Assembly (NCBI GenBank): GCA_945898275.1
Contig: CAMDHZ010000002.1
Coordinates: 134,442-198,441 of the forward strand
Length of the DNA: 64,000 nt
Source of the DNA: Chitinophaga pinensis
GTDB lineage: Bacteria; Bacteroidota; Bacteroidia; UKL13-3
Reading direction: 5' to 3'
In this document: in pieces, positions 59,469 through 64,000 of the stretch
Position numbering within the stretch: the stretch's first letter is position 1
How the letters are laid out: each line of letters opens with the position of its first letter
The notes under the pieces: generated by a model
The model's database searches: none
The model's input: the letters and a program-made list of their open reading frames with translations, nothing else
What the model was told of the DNA's origin: nothing
Program-made: the position numbers and the translations under genes

Positions 59469-59975
59469 TTATAAACCTGAATTGGGAATTTCCTCAAGTT
59501 CTAGTACTTCTTTATAATAGTTTTTGCCATCAGAAAACACACCAATTAAAACAAGTTTTTTACCTCGCTTATCTACAGTATAAGTAACCCTTCGCACAAA
59601 ATCTGTACCTGTTGGAATCGTAAAAAAGCTAAAAGATTTAGCCTCTTTCCAATCGGCATACCATAAAATACCAGCCCCAGAACTTGTTAACTTTTGAAAC
59701 GAATTGCCCCAAGAAACAGGATATGCTTTAACTTTAAAATCTATTTGGTTATAGGTGTCGCTGCTATTATCCCAAAAAATAATGGAACCTAAAGTATCTA
59801 GGTCATAAATGGTTTTATTAAAATCGCCCGATACCGAATCTTGCTTTATCCATTGGTATCGGCTAATTTTTCTAGGTCCGCTAAAGTTTTGTCTTAAACC
59901 ATTTTCAGTTTTGCAGGCGCCAAGTGTTACTAAAACAATTAAAAGGGCGGTTTGAACCAAGCGATTAATCTTCAT
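59469..59975 (-). CDS. Hypothetical lipoprotein
   Basis: Lipobox LGAC-K; beta-rich. Confidence 0.6.
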   Translation of the reverse strand: MKINRLVQTALLIVLVTLGACKTENGLRQNFSGPRKISRYQWIKQDSVSGDFNKTIYDLDTLGSIIFWDNSSDTYNQIDFKVKAYPVSWGNSFQKLTSSGAGILWYADWKEAKSFSFFTIPTGTDFVRRVTYTVDKRGKKLVLIGVFSDGKNYYKEVLELEEIPNSGL

Positions 59976-60753
59976 AAACGTTGAGGTTTAGTTGTAATCC
60001 TGCGAAAAGCATAAAATAATCCATCTTCCAATATTGATTGTCTGGGTAGTCATAGAAATTTCCATTGGGAATTACCTGTTCATAGGCTTCAAAATTTACG
60101 GGTACCCATGAGTCACTCGCGCCGTCTTCGCCTCTCACACCAGATAAATCGTTGTAATAACCACCTGCATTAGTAGCGCCAGCAATTCCAAAATATAGGT
60201 TCAATGGACCTTTTAATTTTATGCTGGTGTCTATTTTATAGAAAAATCCAAAAGTATTATATGTGCCGTTAATAGGCTGCATCTGACTAAATGAAACGGT
60301 ACCATCAGGGTATTCGTAATTTGAAACCAAAGAACTGGTAGCAAAACCTATGCGCGTTTGTAGTGCCCATTTTTTTCTGTTCCCAAATACCAATCCGAAA
60401 TCTAATGGTGTGCGGTTGAGTAAGGTAAATTGCCTAATGTTTCCATTGGTAAACTCTGCCTTCATAACATTTCTAGCAGCGCTCAAGTTTAAGCACATGC
60501 CAAAATTATCAGACAGCCAGAAACGCATTCCTATGTCTGTTAGATAAGGAATACCCACTGCTCCCATTTCTCGTTTTAACTGCGTACCGTAAACCTCATT
60601 ATAGGACTGCGTTGCAGCTTTGATGCTTTTTCCACCAATCCTATTAATAGCAGCACTAAAATTTAGGTCAATTGCCTCTAATTGTGCCTTGCTGGAGAAG
60701 GCCAATAAAAGCATCAATAAAACAAGCAAAAAAGGAGTGTTAAATTTTTTCAT
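59965..60753 (-). CDS. Hypothetical outer-membrane beta-barrel protein
   Basis: Signal peptide; amphipathic strands; FAGLQLNL near the C-terminus. Confidence 0.55.
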   Translation of the reverse strand: MKKFNTPFLLVLLMLLLAFSSKAQLEAIDLNFSAAINRIGGKSIKAATQSYNEVYGTQLKREMGAVGIPYLTDIGMRFWLSDNFGMCLNLSAARNVMKAEFTNGNIRQFTLLNRTPLDFGLVFGNRKKWALQTRIGFATSSLVSNYEYPDGTVSFSQMQPINGTYNTFGFFYKIDTSIKLKGPLNLYFGIAGATNAGGYYNDLSGVRGEDGASDSWVPVNFEAYEQVIPNGNFYDYPDNQYWKMDYFMLFAGLQLNLNVYED

Positions 60754-60758
60754 GTTGC

Positions 60759-61466
60759 TTATTTTTTATTTCCAATGATGATAGCCGCCTGTAAACTGAA
60801 GGAGTTTAACTGGTAGGCATAAAATGGATCAATGCCAAGCTCAGTAGGAATATAATCAAAGTAATAAGAAGCCCGTAGTCGGAAAAAACGAATTGGGTAA
60901 ACATCTGCATATAGGGTCATTCCCAAAGTAGTATTTTGTGAAAGCAAACCAGTGTTTCCTTGGTATAATTGTATAAATTCTTCTGGATTATCAGTTGATT
61001 TTGTATCCTTTTTTAGCACTTTAAAATTGCCAATATCAATTGGGCAAACACCAAAGGTAAATTTATCAGAAAGTTTGTAACCTATCCCAAACGTATGAAA
61101 CAAATTATGCCTAATTTTAACCGTTATGTCGCCTTCATAGTTACGACCTTGACTAGTATAATCACCACTGCCATGGGTTGAGAAATGTTTGTTTTCCCAG
61201 CCTGTAAACACATGCATGCCATCCCTGGTATAGGTGCCAATTTCAAAACCCATTCCATGAAAGAAATTGTTAAACTCAAACTTATCTCCAAATTCTGAAT
61301 AAGTGATGTTGTTCCACTTATATACTTCATTTTTAAAATTTGTCAATCCTCTAGCGAAGGAAGAACCTTGGTAGGTAATACCAAAATAGGTTTGCCCAAA
61401 GGTAGGATAAGCAAGAAAATGCATGCACAAAAGTGCAAGGGTAATTTTTACTTGGGTAGCTCTCAT
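60759..61466 (-). CDS. Hypothetical outer-membrane beta-barrel protein
   Basis: Signal peptide; alternating aromatic strands; C-terminal FSLQAAIIIG. Confidence 0.55.
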   Translation of the reverse strand: MRATQVKITLALLCMHFLAYPTFGQTYFGITYQGSSFARGLTNFKNEVYKWNNITYSEFGDKFEFNNFFHGMGFEIGTYTRDGMHVFTGWENKHFSTHGSGDYTSQGRNYEGDITVKIRHNLFHTFGIGYKLSDKFTFGVCPIDIGNFKVLKKDTKSTDNPEEFIQLYQGNTGLLSQNTTLGMTLYADVYPIRFFRLRASYYFDYIPTELGIDPFYAYQLNSFSLQAAIIIGNKK

Positions 61467-61523
61467 ACATTAATTGATGAGCAAGTATAAGAATTTACCC
61501 AAGTTAAAAGAAAATGAAGTTTA

Positions 61524-63869
61524 TCAGTTTCCTTTCTTTGCCTTTTTCATCGGGTTAGCATCATCATACTGACCTCTACCAAGGGTTTTAGCCTTAAATA
61601 AGTCAAATGAAGTAGGTGTCAAATCTTTGGTCCAAGCATTGTTGCGTTCATCTATATCTGCAGTTTCTTTATATGGATCAAGCTGTATACCAGCCACCTT
61701 TTTGTCTTTTGCAAAGGTTTTAATTACCTCCTTTTCATTCTTGCGCCAGATATAAGCATTAATGTATTCCACCTCTTTGGTTCCGTCTTCGTAAGTCCAC
61801 TCAATAATAATTGGCATTACACTACCTCCTTTATTGCTAAAATGCAATTCGTAGTAATATTTGTCTTTATACTTTTCAAAATCAGTTTCTGTAATCGGTG
61901 TGTTGCTTTCGTATCGGTTTACACGTCTTGAACTAGTATCTGTTACAGGTTTATAGTAATAATAAAAATCGCGCAAGCTGGTGTCTTTGTCCACCAAAAA
62001 TACCATGCCACTGGCTAGGTTTCTTTGCCTGCTTACATGAATGAATTCTTCAGGTTCTGGTCTGCTTCTTTTTGTTTCAAATTTCTCCAAAGGCGCCTTT
62101 GGTATATCTGCCCTAAATACAAATACACTATCCAATGAAATATCAACTGGCTCTATATCATAAAACCATGCGCGCCAATACCAATCTAAATCCACTGCTG
62201 AGGCATCTTCCATGGTTCTGAAAAAATCTGATGGAGAAGGATGTTTAAAAGCCCAACGTTTGCAATATTCTTTAAAGGCATAATCAAATAATTCTCTGCC
62301 CATCACGGTTTCCCTAAGTATATTTAATGCTGTTGCTGGTTTTGCATAAGCATTCGGACCAAATTGTATGATGTTTTCGCTATTGGTCATTATTGGTTCA
62401 AGCTGGTTCTTGGGTAATCTCATGTAATCTACAATTTTGTGGGCCGGACCTCTAGAAGAAGGATAGTTGTTGTCAAATTCTTGCTCGGTTAAAAACTGTA
62501 CGAAAGTGTTTAATCCCTCATCCATCCAACTCCATTGGCGCTCATCACTATTGATAATCATTGGGAAAAAGTTGTGTCCCACTTCATGAATAATAACGCC
62601 AATCATGCCATACTTTGTTCTAGCACTGTAAGTGCCATCTTCATCGGTTCTTCCAAAGTTAAAGCAAATCATAGGATATTCCATCCCGCTAGCTGCTTCT
62701 ACGCTTATAGCCACAGGATATGGATATGGGATGGTAAATTTACTATAGGTTCTTATGGTTTGGGCCACCACCTTTGTAGAGTATTTTCTGTATAAACCAT
62801 AAGCTTCTTTAGGATAATAACTCATACACATTACCTTTTTGCCTTCTACAGGTTCAGCCATGGCATCCCAAACAAACTTCCTTGAACTTCCCCAAGCAAA
62901 GTCTCTTACATTGGTTGCCCTATATCGCCAAGTTTTGTAGCTATTACTTACTGGCGACTTTTCTTTTTGTTTTGCCTCTTCTAAACTTACAATTTCTATT
63001 GGTTCTGTTGCGGTTTGAGCCAAATTCCATCTAGCTAATTGCTCCTTAGTTAATACCTCTGCATAATTGCTGCATGTTCCAGTAGAGCCCACCACATGGT
63101 CTGACGGAACTTTCATATTCACTTCAAAATTTCCAAACACTAAAGAGAACTCGCCTCTACCTGTAAATTGCTTGTGGTTCCAACCTTGATAATCATTGTA
63201 TATGCACATTCTTGGATACCATTGCGAAATGGTAAAAGTGCAGTTACTGTCTGAACCAAAACGCTCATAACCCCCTCTTCCTCCAATTTTCATGCGCTCT
63301 GGAATTTTGTAATTCCACTTAATTTTAAAGCTAAACTTGCCTTTAGACTTTAAAGGCGTTTTTAACTCCACACGCATCATGGTTTGGTTGATGGTATATT
63401 TTAATGGGTTACCAAAAGTATCAGTAACTGAAAGTATATTTACGCCATATCCTTCTAAGTTCTTTCTAAATTCTAAGCCTTCTAATTGGCCAACCGTAAG
63501 TGGATAAGATTTCTCACTGCCATCGAAATTATTGCTTTCTGCATTTGGCTGGTGTTGGTTTTCATCTAGTTGTAACCATAAATAGCTAAGCACATCTGGC
63601 GAATTATTGTGGTAAGTAATACGCTCCTCGCCATGCAGTCTTAGGTTTGCCTCATCTAAAAAAGCTTCGATTTTATAATCGGCTTGTTGCTGCCAATATT
63701 GATGCCCTGGTGCGCCAGAAGCGGCTCTATAGGTATTGGCATCTGGTAAAATGGTCCCTAATTGTTCAAACTTGTTGCCATGATTTGAACTTGGATTGTT
63801 GCGGAGATTCTGGGCTTGCAACACAAAGGTGCTTCCACAAATCCATAATAAAAGTAGAATTCTATTCAT
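61524..63869 (-). CDS. M1-family aminopeptidase
   Basis: YR.ASGAPG..YWQ, GMEYPM, HEVGHNFFP...WMDEG, YAKPA. Confidence 0.93.
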   Translation of the reverse strand: MNRILLLLWICGSTFVLQAQNLRNNPSSNHGNKFEQLGTILPDANTYRAASGAPGHQYWQQQADYKIEAFLDEANLRLHGEERITYHNNSPDVLSYLWLQLDENQHQPNAESNNFDGSEKSYPLTVGQLEGLEFRKNLEGYGVNILSVTDTFGNPLKYTINQTMMRVELKTPLKSKGKFSFKIKWNYKIPERMKIGGRGGYERFGSDSNCTFTISQWYPRMCIYNDYQGWNHKQFTGRGEFSLVFGNFEVNMKVPSDHVVGSTGTCSNYAEVLTKEQLARWNLAQTATEPIEIVSLEEAKQKEKSPVSNSYKTWRYRATNVRDFAWGSSRKFVWDAMAEPVEGKKVMCMSYYPKEAYGLYRKYSTKVVAQTIRTYSKFTIPYPYPVAISVEAASGMEYPMICFNFGRTDEDGTYSARTKYGMIGVIIHEVGHNFFPMIINSDERQWSWMDEGLNTFVQFLTEQEFDNNYPSSRGPAHKIVDYMRLPKNQLEPIMTNSENIIQFGPNAYAKPATALNILRETVMGRELFDYAFKEYCKRWAFKHPSPSDFFRTMEDASAVDLDWYWRAWFYDIEPVDISLDSVFVFRADIPKAPLEKFETKRSRPEPEEFIHVSRQRNLASGMVFLVDKDTSLRDFYYYYKPVTDTSSRRVNRYESNTPITETDFEKYKDKYYYELHFSNKGGSVMPIIIEWTYEDGTKEVEYINAYIWRKNEKEVIKTFAKDKKVAGIQLDPYKETADIDERNNAWTKDLTPTSFDLFKAKTLGRGQYDDANPMKKAKKGN

Positions 63870-63872
63870 TGT

Positions 63873-63998
63873 TTAATTTATAATTTCTTGTAAACGCTGC
63901 CAGGTTAGTACCAAAGAAACTACCACAGCTATTAATCCGTAAACCTTGATTTGTCTGGAGAGTTTTATTTTTAACCTATTTTCTAAAAGCCAACAAAT
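63873..63998 (-). CDS. 3' end of a membrane protein gene running off the window (possibly HupE/UreJ-like)
   Basis: ...ICWLLENRLKIKLSRQIKVYGLIAVVVSLVLTWQRLQEIIN*. The family guess comes only from its position next to an M1 peptidase. Confidence 0.45.
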   Translation of the reverse strand: MCWLLENRLKIKLSRQIKVYGLIAVVVSLVLTWQRLQEIIN

Positions 63999-64000
63999 TG

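Larger units (their letters stand above)
5003..59958. repeat. Dispersed short repeat GGTTCAAACC / GGTTTGAACC (18 exact copies seen)
   Basis: + orientation at 5003, 8100, 9753, 19357, 29016, 34589, 35100, 49323, 57214; - orientation at 5147, 14424, 20830, 27675, 35172, 36553, 53739, 57063, 59949. Confidence 0.92.

Noticed and set aside
5003-59958. GGTTCAAACC as Chi/KOPS, parS, tRNA T-loop fragments or REP elements
   Set aside because: The 9:9 strand split argues against polar Chi/KOPS. It does not match parS (TGTTNCACGTGAAACA). There is no tRNA context, and it is mostly intragenic, unlike REPs.

Overview
Chromosomal segment of an AT-rich Bacteroidota bacterium. The assignment rests on many type IX secretion (T9SS) C-terminal domains, TAnnTTTG promoters, and DUF4249/TonB-receptor and DUF2723 genes. 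The window begins at a probable replication origin (about 1082-1480: tandem DnaA-box-like 9-mers plus DnaA-trios, and a strand-composition switch). It continues through housekeeping genes (pheS, pyrF, gmhA, dsbD, serB-serA fusion, rlmB, metG, hrpB, tRNA-Ser, tRNA-Arg). It also has an 11 x 22-bp tandem array and an approximately 11.3-kb integrase-less island (7TM-DISM two-component system, four surface/secreted proteins, IS256 remnant) lying between two copies of the 5' end of a thioredoxin-like gene. It ends with an ECF sigma / dual-membrane anti-sigma / NigD-like locus. The most striking unexplained signal is the quasi-palindromic motif (TT)GGTTCAAACC(RAAACC): I counted 18 exact copies of the 10-mer by eye, 9 per strand, embedded in genes in all six reading frames, which resembles a DNA uptake sequence or HIP-type element. 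All calls come from reading the sequence and ORF translations; no database searches were run.
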